Part shown: positions 12,019 to 22,000 of the stretch, in pieces
Layout of the letters: every line of letters starts with the position of its first letter
Position numbering within the stretch: position 1 is the first letter of the stretch
Made by a program: the position numbers and the translations under genes
The notes under the pieces: model-generated
Database searches by the model: none
What the model was told of the DNA's origin: nothing
Seen by the model: the letters and a program-made list of their open reading frames with translations, nothing else
DNA from: Thelocarpon superellum
Lineage: Eukaryota
Length of the DNA stretch: 38,608 bases
Direction: 5' to 3'
Assembly: GCA_026025795.1 (NCBI GenBank)
Contig: JAPEUG010000133.1
Location: 1-38,608, forward strand

Positions 12019-12683
12019 CGCGTTCGCTCGTTTGGCCAAACGGACCCTGGGGCCCTGCTTGCCGAATTCCATCTATCTTCCATCATCCATCATCCTTCGA
12101 GACGATCTCTTCGCGAAGCTAAATCTCCCCCTTCCCTGCACCGTCGTCACCACGGCCGCGCCCGTGGCTGAGTGGGTGAGTGGGCCCGTAGTGCGCGAAG
12201 GGTGGTGCGCGGTGTGCGGCAAGCTCGACGGGGCAGCGTATCGGGATCAGCAGCCCTGGACGCGCACGAGCCCGGTCGGCCACGGCGCTTTGTAACCTCA
12301 CTTTCCCACAAGTATTTGACCTCCAACATCCAGCAGTGGACCTACTCCTTGCGGAGCTTGCCTGCGCAGGAACTTTTCTCGGTCCCCGTCCCCAGGCGCA
12401 CCCCACGCTGCTCGGCTTATTTAGTCACGGCCCTCTCGTCCGGCGACGCCAGAGTAGTCCGTCTGTCGTTCCGCCGTACGAGTCTGGCTCTTGAGTTCGA
12501 GTCTTGAGTCCGAGTCCCTTGCGCCCTTCGGGTGGTAGTCACGATTGTCCAGCATTCACTGCCGATCGGATCCGCGTTGCCCCAGGCTGACCACCGACGC
12601 GAGCCCGCCGGTGAATGAGACTGCGTTCGCGCCGCGAGATCCATCCACGGACACGCCAACCCACCACTCGGCCATTCCGCCCA

Positions 12684-12719
12684 CACTCGACAGCACTCGA
12701 CGCACTCGACGCACTCGAC
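12684..12719 (+). repeat. (GCACTCGAC)3 nonamer repeat plus a partial copy
   Basis: cactcgac-a-gcactcgac gcactcgac gcactcgac. Confidence 0.85.
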
Positions 12720-12939
12720 GTCGTTCGCCTACTCTCTCGCTTGCTTTTCTCTCTACCACATTTTTCCACCCTCGCTCGTTGTCTCGTCCGTTCATCAACC
12801 GAACAGCCTTGCCCGCGTTTCCCTTCGCTCCGTCGTCTCGGTAGTGGTGGCGGCCTCGTCTGCGCGTTCACTTGGATTCTTTCGGACCCCATCGCGGTCG
12901 CCTCTTGCCTCTCTGCCCAGGCCTTTGCCTCCGCCTTCA

Positions 12940-12981
12940 CCGCCGTCCGCCGTCCGCCGTCCGCCGTCCGCCGTCCGCCGT
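12940..12981 (+). repeat. (CCGCCGT)6 heptamer microsatellite in the presumed 5' leader of the Zn2Cys6 gene
   Basis: Six perfect copies read directly. Confidence 0.9.
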
Positions 12982-13057
12982 CGCCGCCTTCGGCCGCGTC
13001 CGCGCTCGCTCCTACTGCACGCCACGCCGATCGTCATCCACCCGTACCGCGTGTGTT

Positions 13058-15495
13058 ATGGTGGATTACGAGCGGTCGCACGGCTTCCAGGCTCAAGTAA
13101 ACCGCATCACCTCCTCCGGCACCGGCCCCTACACCTACATGTCTCACCACCGCGCGTCGCCACATCTTAGCCATCTCGAGCACCCTCCGTCGGGCCCGTC
13201 CACGCCATCACCTCCCTATCCGCAGTACGCTCAGCCCATGATGTCCAACGTCTCGCAGCAGAATCCGTCGCAGGCCCGACAGCAGCCGACGTCGTATCCC
13301 TCACCGCATTCCTACCCGTCGCCATCCATGTCGGCCTACGCCTACCCGCCCCCACAACAACAGCAAGCCGTCGAGCCCTACCGTGCCTCGCCCACGGGAT
13401 CGCACGTCTCCCTGCCCTCGTTGAACCTCCCGCCGCTGCGACACATCGGCGGGCCGGGCAATCCGCAGCCGGGCCAGGCGCCCATGGGCTCACCGCTGCC
13501 GCCGCCGACCGCGCCCATGACGGGCTACTATCCTCAGTCGTTGCCACCGCCGCAGCACGCCATGGGCGTGACATCGTCGCCGCACAACCAACCGCTACGA
13601 TACCCGCTGCCGCAGCCCGATGGCCGAATCATGTCCGGCGGACGTCACAAGAAGGAGATCAAGCGGCGCACCAAGACGGGATGTCTGACGTGTCGTAAGC
13701 GACGGATCAAGGTAAGATGACGCTGTCGCTCTGTGCCTTCTTGCTTCTATCCTCCACGCGCCGTGCTCCATACCCCATGCGCCACGAACGTGGACCAGCA
13801 GCTCGCGTCGGCTCGGTCGCGTCGCTCCACTGGTCCTGGTCCTTGTCTCGATTGCCGAATGGTCCTTGACCAACGGGCGTCGGTTAAGACTTGCAAGCCA
13901 AGCGAGACGCGGGTCCTGACGTGCACGGCCCCATACTTGGTCGTGAAGCCGTGGTCGGGATCTGCACGCAGAGACAGGAATCTGTGGCGACCGCGCGGCG
14001 ATGCGCGCTTCTCATCTGCACCCTCGTCGACGCCTTCCCCCCCTTGCCCTGTTCTTCGCATGGTCGTGCTGACCATTCCTTCGTAGTGCGACGAGGCCCA
14101 CCCGACGTGCCGAAATTGCCAAAAGAGCAAGCGCGAGTGTCTGGGCTATGATCCCATCTTCAAGGCGCAGCCTGGCCCGCCGGCCATCCAACCGGCGCCT
14201 GCGTCGGGGTCGCCGATGAACCAAGGCTCGCTCACCTCGGCCGGCAGCTATCAAACGATGCCGCAACAATACGTGCCACCCGTGTCCGGCAGCTATCCCC
14301 CGGCGCTCTCGGCGACGGGCAGCTCGCCGGCGTCGTCGGTCGAGCCGTACGATTATAGCTCAGCGATCGATCCGGCGCTCGAGGCGGCCGGGCCGGCACA
14401 CATGGCGGTGCCGCCGACGGCGTACGACGCGTCCCAGGGCTATCGACCGGATCTCAAGCGCGGCTTGGACAGCGCGAGCCCGTACTCGACCGCGACGTCG
14501 GACGCACAGAACCCAAGAGGTGGCGGTTCCCCTTCCCTTTCCTCTCACTTTCCTCCCACTCCACATTGCTAGAGATGTCACGTTCTCACACGACTTTTCC
14601 AGCAAAGCGGATTAAGATGGAGGACATTCTTCCCGCCGGAGGGGATGTCCCTCCGCCCCTCACCCCGCCGCGTGATCTTAGTCTCCCCTTGCCCCCGGAC
14701 ACCCTCGCCCAGATCGCACGTTTTGTGGTCACGACCTGCGCCCCCGCCCTTGACGCCTTCCTTGAGACCAAGTGGTACGCGGCCCAGGTCGCGCCCTGGC
14801 TCCTCAACGACGTGGAATTATGTGAACAGATTGCCAACTTGCTCGATCGCCAGCACGCCACCCATCGCAACCGCGACCAGCCGGACCCGCCCGTTCCCCA
14901 CCCCGACCGGATCCTCTCCGCGAACCTGGAAATGAAGATCTGCTGGGGCCTCCTCCGTCTCGCACGCACCGCCGCGGCCAAGCGTGCCGTGGCTGCGGAC
15001 GCGGCGGCGGACACGAAAGACGTGGCCCTCGAGGAGACGATCCGGCGGCTGTCCATCTTTGAGCATCTCGTGACAGGGACGGTGGCGGAGGCCAACGTGG
15101 CGGACCTGGCGCGCCTCGGGTCGGTGCAGCATAACGAGCTCAAGATGCGCGAGCTCGAGTTCTGGCGCTTCATGGGCAAGTTTGTCACGCTCTGCGACGA
15201 CGAGGCCAGCGCGGCCAAGGAGATGGACGATACGTTGGCCGGGGCACGCAAGGTTCTCAAAGGACAGGAAAACCGCGACGTCATCTACTCCATGGCCGTG
15301 GCGCGCCACCTCAGTCAACGTCTCGGCGAGGCGCCAGAAGCTCAGCCGGCGGATCGCATCACGGAGAAGATCCCGATGCATCAGCTGTGGGTGGCCAAGA
15401 AGTTCGTCCAGGTGCAAGCCGACGGCCATGGGACGACGCCGATGATGCAGCGACTCTGTGGCATGGCGGTCCGGTCGTGGTCGATGTACAAATGA
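13058..15495 (+). CDS. Zn(II)2Cys6 transcription factor (resembles OefC/ADA-6/WOR2-annotated developmental regulators), 659 aa, 3 exons
   Basis: Exons 13058-13711, 14087-14519, 14603-15495. Spliced cluster MSGGRHKKEIKRRTKTGCLTCRKRRIK|CDEAHPTCRNCQKSKRECLGYDPIF, a Pro/Gln/Tyr-rich N-terminus, and a C-terminal ENRDVIYSMAVAR. The start codon (13058 vs 13139), the weak intron-2 donor (GTGGCG) and the ortholog name are less certain. Confidence 0.88.
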
Positions 15496-16082
15496 TGATT
15501 CCGTCCTTATTCGAGCCTTTGAATCTCGCAGGTCGATGGCTGTACAACACTTTCCTCTCGCCCCCGTTCCCAGCGACATCCTTATCCCCCAGGCAATCCC
15601 CGCCCCTCCCCTCCCCTTCTTGCTGTGCTTGTTTTCCGTCACTCAACTGGCATGGTCTTGTCTGGTTTGATTACGCATTAGACTGCGACGGATGAGGGAG
15701 TTTTTTCTTCTTTTCTCTTCTCTTTGATTCTGCTCTGCTCTTCGTTTCTTTCCATCTCGCTAGGGTTCAGTTGAGAATGAAATTGAGGGTGACCATGAAA
15801 CCAGCGGACGACCAGTTCGGATAACTCGAGAGCAAGGTCCCCTCGCGTGAGATGGACGACGGGACCGACTCTCGTGGCTGTCATCTCTTATGATGCGGGC
15901 TTGCTGCATGGCCGGCCTTGGCATAATGATCCCATCCGAGTTTGCTTGCGTATGTGGCATCGGGGCCATGGTGGATGAGAAATGATCAAGTGAACGAGAG
16001 GATTGTATCGTGCCAGTCATGAAGAGATGACGGATGAGGTGGATATAGAAGGTGGATGTGAATTTGCTAGATGGAGATGCAA

Positions 16083-17537
16083 TCATGAACCATCCACCAT
16101 GTCGACATCCTCATCTTCGTCGTCATCTTTATCCTCGACCTCTTCGTCGTCCGTCGAGCCCTCGCTGCCCTCCTCACCCTCACTAGCATCGAGACCGACG
16201 CCCAAAGCAGCCAGAGATGCAACAAGCTCGACGGCATGATCGCGCAACGGCTCGTCTTCATATTCCAGCGCCGCGTAGAGCGTCAGTGCCGTGGTGAGCC
16301 AGGCGCGACTTGAGCGGCGGAGGTATATGGCATTTTTGGCGGTGGTGACGAAGGTGGTGGGGGAGGGTCTGTTGGCGGCTGTCTTCCCCTCCTCTTCAGG
16401 GAGTGCCGCTGAAGGAGAAGGACGAGAAGGAGAAGAGGTGGAACGAGTGGCAGCAGCAGCATCGCCCATCAAGTAGAGCCCCCAGCCACCCAGGTACCAC
16501 GCCTCAACGGACTGGTCGTCCTCGTTGACCAGGCGCTCCAGGACCTCCATCGCCGCCGGGTACAGCGCGGTTTCGAGCAGCAGGCGCGCGAGACTGACCC
16601 TCGTCGCGAAGTCGGGCACGTGCGGGTCCTCCGGGTCCAGGTCGGTCCACAGCGCCATGCTGTCTTTCAGGGCCGAGGTGGCCTCGGCGTGCTTCGTCTG
16701 CGAGATGCGGATCGATGCTAGTGTCTGCAGCGGGCCGGGCGTGTCCGGCGCCACGAGAAGGGCTTCGGTGATGAGCGTCTCGCATCTCGACTCCGCCTCG
16801 CTCTCCCATGATAGGTCCGTCATGTACACTTCGACCATTCCGCACAATGCGTTGGCTAGTTTTGTGCGCTTTTCTGCTTCTTCTTCCTCGGCGGCATCGT
16901 ATCGATCATCGCTGCCGTTGGTTTCGTCATCGTCGTCGTCGTCGTCGTGATTGTGATTGTTGACGTCGTCGTGGGTCCGGCGTTTCCGAGGACCGGACGA
17001 GTCCAGCGCCGATATCTCGCGCCGTAGCACGCTGGCCCCCTTTTCAAACCACCGTACGCTCTCCTGCCCCCCCTCTTCACATAGTTGTGCCAGCCAAAGG
17101 AACTTCTCTGCGCCTCCCCCCTCCACTTCTGGCACCGTGCCGTCCGGATCCAGCTGCACGGCTCGCAGATACAACGTCCGCGCCGCATCGACGTCGCCGA
17201 GCTCGATGTGGATTTCCGCGAGTAGGTTCAAGGCCGCCAGGGGCGCGGCCGCGGAGGAAGTTGAAGCCGCGGACGAGCGCTCTAGGTGTGCCAGGGCCCG
17301 CGTGGCTAGCAGTAAGGCCGGCCCGGCTTGAGATGTCTGCAGGAGCGCGGTAGCCTGGGCGAGGAGCGTGTAGGGGTTATCCGTGTCCATTGTGACTTTG
17401 GTCTTGGACTTGGTCCCCGTGACGGAGGGTGAGAGAGTTGGAGGGCGCTCGGTGGGGGTGTGGTGCTTTCGCTCCTCTTTCCGTTTCGCTGCTCTATATT
17501 TCTCGTCCTTTTCCTTGTCGGGTTTTGCTTTGGCCAT
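16083..17537 (-). CDS. ACL4: TPR protein, assembly chaperone of Rpl4, 484 aa, intronless
   Basis: Motifs AEIHIELGD...A...Y.RAV.LDPDG, GGAEKFLWLAQL, EVYMTDLSWE.EAE.RCE.LITEAL, LQTLASIRISQ and DDQSVEAWYLGGW, with an acidic C-terminus. Confidence 0.88.
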   Translation of the reverse strand: MAKAKPDKEKDEKYRAAKRKEERKHHTPTERPPTLSPSVTGTKSKTKVTMDTDNPYTLLAQATALLQTSQAGPALLLATRALAHLERSSAASTSSAAAPLAALNLLAEIHIELGDVDAARTLYLRAVQLDPDGTVPEVEGGGAEKFLWLAQLCEEGGQESVRWFEKGASVLRREISALDSSGPRKRRTHDDVNNHNHDDDDDDDETNGSDDRYDAAEEEEAEKRTKLANALCGMVEVYMTDLSWESEAESRCETLITEALLVAPDTPGPLQTLASIRISQTKHAEATSALKDSMALWTDLDPEDPHVPDFATRVSLARLLLETALYPAAMEVLERLVNEDDQSVEAWYLGGWGLYLMGDAAAATRSTSSPSRPSPSAALPEEEGKTAANRPSPTTFVTTAKNAIYLRRSSRAWLTTALTLYAALEYEDEPLRDHAVELVASLAALGVGLDASEGEEGSEGSTDDEEVEDKDDDEDEDVDMVDGS

Positions 17538-17760
17538 GGCGTTCCCTGGACGCTATGCTGCGTTATCCAACCGAGTCGCCGATGGGCATTTCGAACTAGC
17601 GGGGACGCCTTGACTGCTCGTTCTGCTTTGGTGGTTTCTGGGTGCGTGATTGAGGTCAAGTAGATGTAGAGATGGATTGTCTCTCGGCCACATTCTCCAA
17701 CTTTGATAGATGGAATTCAGTCGAGGATATTGTTGCGCCAGAGGGCATGCCGGTCTACGG

Positions 17761-17768
17761 GCGATGAG
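17761..17768 (+). promoter_or_regulatory. PAC-like motif GCGATGAG in the ACL4/GIR2 divergent promoter
   Basis: Exact match to the S. cerevisiae PAC core, lying between two ribosome/translation-related genes. Function in this lineage is unproven. Confidence 0.3.
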
Positions 17769-17862
17769 AACGACCTATCGATTCAATTTCATCTGGATCT
17801 CCTCGCAGTGGCAAATGATCCGTTCATTTCTACATGATCACTCCCTCTAGAGAGCTCACATC

Positions 17863-18836
17863 ATGGGCGTCGAAGAGCAAAAGGAGGAACGCGAGGTTCT
17901 GGATTCCATCTTCCCTGATGAAATCACAGGTATGCTGCTCTATCGATTTGATGATAACTCGTTGGCCCCTCGGCCCCTCTACCCCTCCACCCCTCCACCA
18001 ATCCTGTCCCGTATGGGAACAAGACACGAACATGGACAGAGCACACTTCGAGCTGCACCTTCAGATTCCCTTTCACACAGAAGCTGACCAGACCAGACAT
18101 CTCCGAGTCGTCGTACCGAGTCGCGATAAAGCTCGACGTGGACCCGGACGAGGCAGCCCCGAACGCCAATGACGACGCCGACTCCTCCTCCTCGTCGGGC
18201 GACAACAACTCTCTCACCCTCCTCCTCCAAGTCTCCTACCCGCCCACATATCCCGACGTCGCACCAGACCTCACGCTCTCTGCCCCACCCAGCCACCACC
18301 CGAGCAACTACCCCTACCTCTCCGTCGCGACCGACGGGCCTCTCCTCCTATCCAACCTCGCCGACACCGTCACGGAGAACCTGGGGATGGCCATGGTGTT
18401 CACGCTGGTCAGCACGCTGAAGGAAGCGGCCGAGGATCTGATCGCGGCGCGCAAGGCGGCGCACCAGAAGCGGCAGGACGAGGCGGCGGCGAGGGCGGAG
18501 GAGGAGGAGAATCGCAAGTTTGCGGGCGAGGCGGTCACGAGGGAGTCTTTCATGGCGTGGCGGGAGAAATTCAGGGCGGAGATGTCTAGGAGGACGGAGC
18601 TGGAGAAAGAGGAGGAGCGGAAAGCGGCGGACGGGAGGGGGAAGAGCGGGGGAGGTGGAGGTGGAGGTGGAGGTCGAGAGGACCACCAGAAACTGACGGG
18701 GAGGCAGTTGTGGGAACGTGGCATGGTGGGAAAGACTGAAGAGGACGTGGATGTGGACGAGCGGGAAGAAGAGGCCCATGAGACACCCGGGAACGATGTC
18801 CGTGACGGCCTCGCGAATCTCAAGATCGCTGCATGA
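17863..18836 (+). CDS. GIR2: RWD-domain protein Gir2/RWDD1 (DFRP2), 268 aa, 2 exons
   Basis: Exons 17863-17929 and 18097-18836 (167-nt intron). Motifs EEQKEEREVLDSIFPDEITDIS, YPPTYPDVAP, ENLGMAMVFTLVS, VTRESFMAWREKF and KLTGRQLWERG. Confidence 0.93.
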
Positions 18837-19002
18837 ACGTCGCCGGAGCAAGGGAAGACGGGAAGGGGGTTTACTCGCATCGTGCACGTCATGGGCCCGG
18901 CGTCAAATACCACACTCGTACAGCCTGTTGACATCAGGTCAAAGCGCACCGTGTGCATCTACTTCTTTAGATACCTGCGTGACTTGGAACGTCAATCATC
19001 AA

Positions 19003-19028
19003 TGCGCCTTGTGCGCCTTGTGCGCCTT
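19003..19028 (+). repeat. (TGCGCCTTG)3 nonamer repeat between the convergent GIR2 and MON2 ends
   Basis: Direct reading; the third copy lacks its last base. Confidence 0.85.
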
Positions 19029-19040
19029 CCACCAGGCCCA

Positions 19041-22000
19041 CTACATGACGCCCATCTCGCCCCCAACCTCATCCAGCACCTGTCCCAACATGTCCAGCAT
19101 CTCCGTGTCTCGGGCTGCGACCCGTACCGCTTTGCTGACCAGGGGATACAGTCGATGGAGGTGTTTCTTATTCGCCGACGAGACGCCAGGTGCCGCCGGA
19201 ATGGCCCGGGGTTCGCACGCGAGCGACATGATCTTGTCGAGGAAGTAGAGCAGCTCCCGTCGCTGCGTCAGAGGTTGTGGCATCCGTCCGCGTAGGGGTT
19301 GGTCCGCGATGTAACCACGCAGCGTGATCCCGACGCGGAGGATCAAGAAGGGTGACGCCGCCTGGGCTAGGCGGACCCGCGGTCCACTACCGTCTTGAGC
19401 TTGCACCAGCCCGAACAGCTCGTCTAAACAAGTGTAACAGAGTCGGCTTCGAGCCGTCGGCGGTGGATCATAGATCCGTCCCAGACGAGCCGTATAGAGA
19501 CCCTCGAGGATCTCTCGTTCTCCCTCTGGGACCTCGCCCGGCTCGGGCTGATGGAGGATCGACGTGCGAAAGAGGCCATCGGCGTAGGCGCGCCGAGCTT
19601 GATCCGGCACGACCGACCCGCCAAGGGCGGGAATGATGAGCTCTCGGAGTTGGCGAAATGCAGTCAGGTCAAAGTCTTCGTCCACGCGAACGTTGGCCAC
19701 AGGCATGTTCTCTGGAACCCGAGCACTCATGACGCCAATCACGATGCTAATCGTGTGATTCCAGATTCGTTGAACCTCCAGCTCATCCACCGACAGCTGT
19801 TGGATGATGGGCACCGCGGCCTGAAGGATCGCCACGGCGACCTCGGTCGCCGACTGCCATAGCGGGACGCCCCTGGGTTTCGCCGGAGAGGCATACTTGC
19901 TCGTGATTGGGATGGCGAGGGCCTCCATGGCCCATCGGAAGGCGCCACTCTCGTATAGCTCCGTATTCTTCAGGTGCGCCTGTACCAAGGACTGCAGCAG
20001 ATCCATGGACGATCTGGAAAGGGCGATGAATGAGAGCGGTCCCCCCGGACTGTGCTCCCGCGCCTGCTCGAACGGCAGCCGGACCAACCGCGACACGCGC
20101 ATGACCAGGGCCGAGGGTACTTGGGCCTGGTCTGTTCGGATCTCCCGGAGCCGCTCCAGAACCCGAGCTTGCACTGAAGTCAGTGACTCGACGTCGCTTG
20201 AATAGGCTGGCTTGTCGGACTCTGTCACGCATTGGTGTAACAAGTCCAGCGCCTCCACGACTCGGTCGTGCACAACATCTTCCTGCAACAGTCGATATAT
20301 CTCCTTAAAGCATAGCACGTATTTGACGAGGGCCTCTTCGTTGGGCCCTTTTGCCTTCACCGTGCCCCGTCGCTCGACCGGGAGGTCTCCAGCCCATAAC
20401 GACCACGCAAGCTCGAGCGCCGGCCGACCAATCTTCTGCCGTGACTCGACCTTCTCCAGGACGTGACGGAGAGCCTCGAAGACGGCCGCATTCACCCCCG
20501 GCCATTTGCGAGGGACCAGGCTGCTGAAGAATCCGATCAAGGTCTGCCACGACGCTGCAAAGTCTTCTTGTCGAACGAACAAGTCCAGATAGTCGGCATA
20601 GAATCCCGTCACTCCCGTCAAGATGATGATGGATGTCTCGTTCCACGCACGTATTTCCTCCACGTTGGTCGAAACCTCCAGACGGTCAAGCTCACAAACC
20701 TGTACTCGGTTGTCGTCCATCATTCGGAAGATCACCGTCCGGAGGCAAGCCCGCCATGCGTCGGGATGCAACTGATCTCCATACGTATCAAAGATCCTCA
20801 ACAACGTCTGCACCGCGCCTATGTATGGTCAGCCGTGTTCCATCATCCGGGTAGAGGACGCTCTACCATTGCGAACTTCCGCCCGAGGATCAGTCGTGAC
20901 GGCGGTCAGGCGGAGGAGAAGCAAAAGCCACGACGCGGCTCGCGCCTCACCGGCATCTTGGTCTTGCGCTAATTGGATCAGCGCAACCTCATCCGATGCG
21001 CTGCTGGCTCGCTCTCCCAATGGAATTGATTCATTGGCGACCTGCAAAAAGTCCGAGACGTTCCAAAAGAATGTGACCGTCTTGAACTCGTTAGCAAAAC
21101 ACGAGCACATCGGGGCATGGACACTTTACCGTCAGCGAGATATTCAGCTCCTCTATTTGCGAACAGAACTGCGAAAGGGTATTGACCAGGATGACGATGC
21201 ACGATCGAGGCAATGAGGGAAGAAAGTCGGAGCAGATGAGCTGGAGCGATCCAAAAGACGACCGGACGAGCCTTGGCGAAATGCTCACTGCGTGCGTTTG
21301 GCGGGCCTTCTCTGCCACGGTGGATGCAATCGGAGTCGTGGTGAAGGCAGTGGCCACGATGGCAAAGACGATATCCCATCCGGAAACCAGCGCTTCGCCA
21401 CACTGCTCGAGGATGGCTCTCATGGCCTCCAAGGCATGTCGATGAACCTCTACGTCCGTCACGGACGAGCCCATTGGCCGTTCGCGATGGACTCCTCTCA
21501 GCAGCAGCGTGATTTCGGCGTGGAGCGTCGACAGGAGTCGCTCCTGGATCCCACGGCGAATGTCCTTGGGCTCCGTCATGGTCGTCGTCGCGGCATCCAC
21601 GACGAGTTTATTGAGAACCTCGGTAGCTCGAAGTCGGACGGAGGAGGAGATGTCCGACGGACAGGCCACGGAGATGAGCTCGTCAGTGATGACCTCCCAC
21701 CCGCTGGCCTCGGGCGCGCCTGTGGCGAGTCGACTCAGATTGACGTTGGCCAGGTCGCCGAGCTTGTCCACGATGAAACGGTCTTCTTGCATCTGCCACG
21801 CCGTCACAGCCGACACCCCAGACATGCTCGGAATCTTACGGTGCGAGCGTATCGGGGTGGTCGGACCCAATGAAGGGGTGGCCGCGATGGCCGGAGCGCC
21901 GTTGGCTAGTCCCTCTTTCATGCCCGCCAGCAGCTTGCAGAGCGCCTTGGCCAGCGTCAAGAAGGCCTCGTTCGGATAGTCGCTCGTGCTTTCCAACATT

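Noticed and set aside
9268..12295. ORFs of 150-276 aa in the large intergenic region
   Set aside because: They are Arg/Ala/Pro/Ser-rich, overlap one another in several frames, often lack an ATG start, run through microsatellites and show no domain signal.
10201..12981. CRISPR-like or mobile-element interpretation of the short repeats
   Set aside because: They are simple tandem repeats without spacers in eukaryotic DNA. There is no cas gene, transposase, TIR or LTR.
17930..18096. Intronic snoRNA in the 167-nt GIR2 intron (TGATGA near the 5' end)
   Set aside because: The only CTGA is the branch-site motif itself; there is no independent D box or closing stem.
18647..18673. GGA/GGT repeat in GIR2, and the GAC run in ACL4 near 16928-16948
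   Set aside because: These are ordinary in-frame homopeptide (poly-Gly, poly-Asp) expansions in likely disordered loops.
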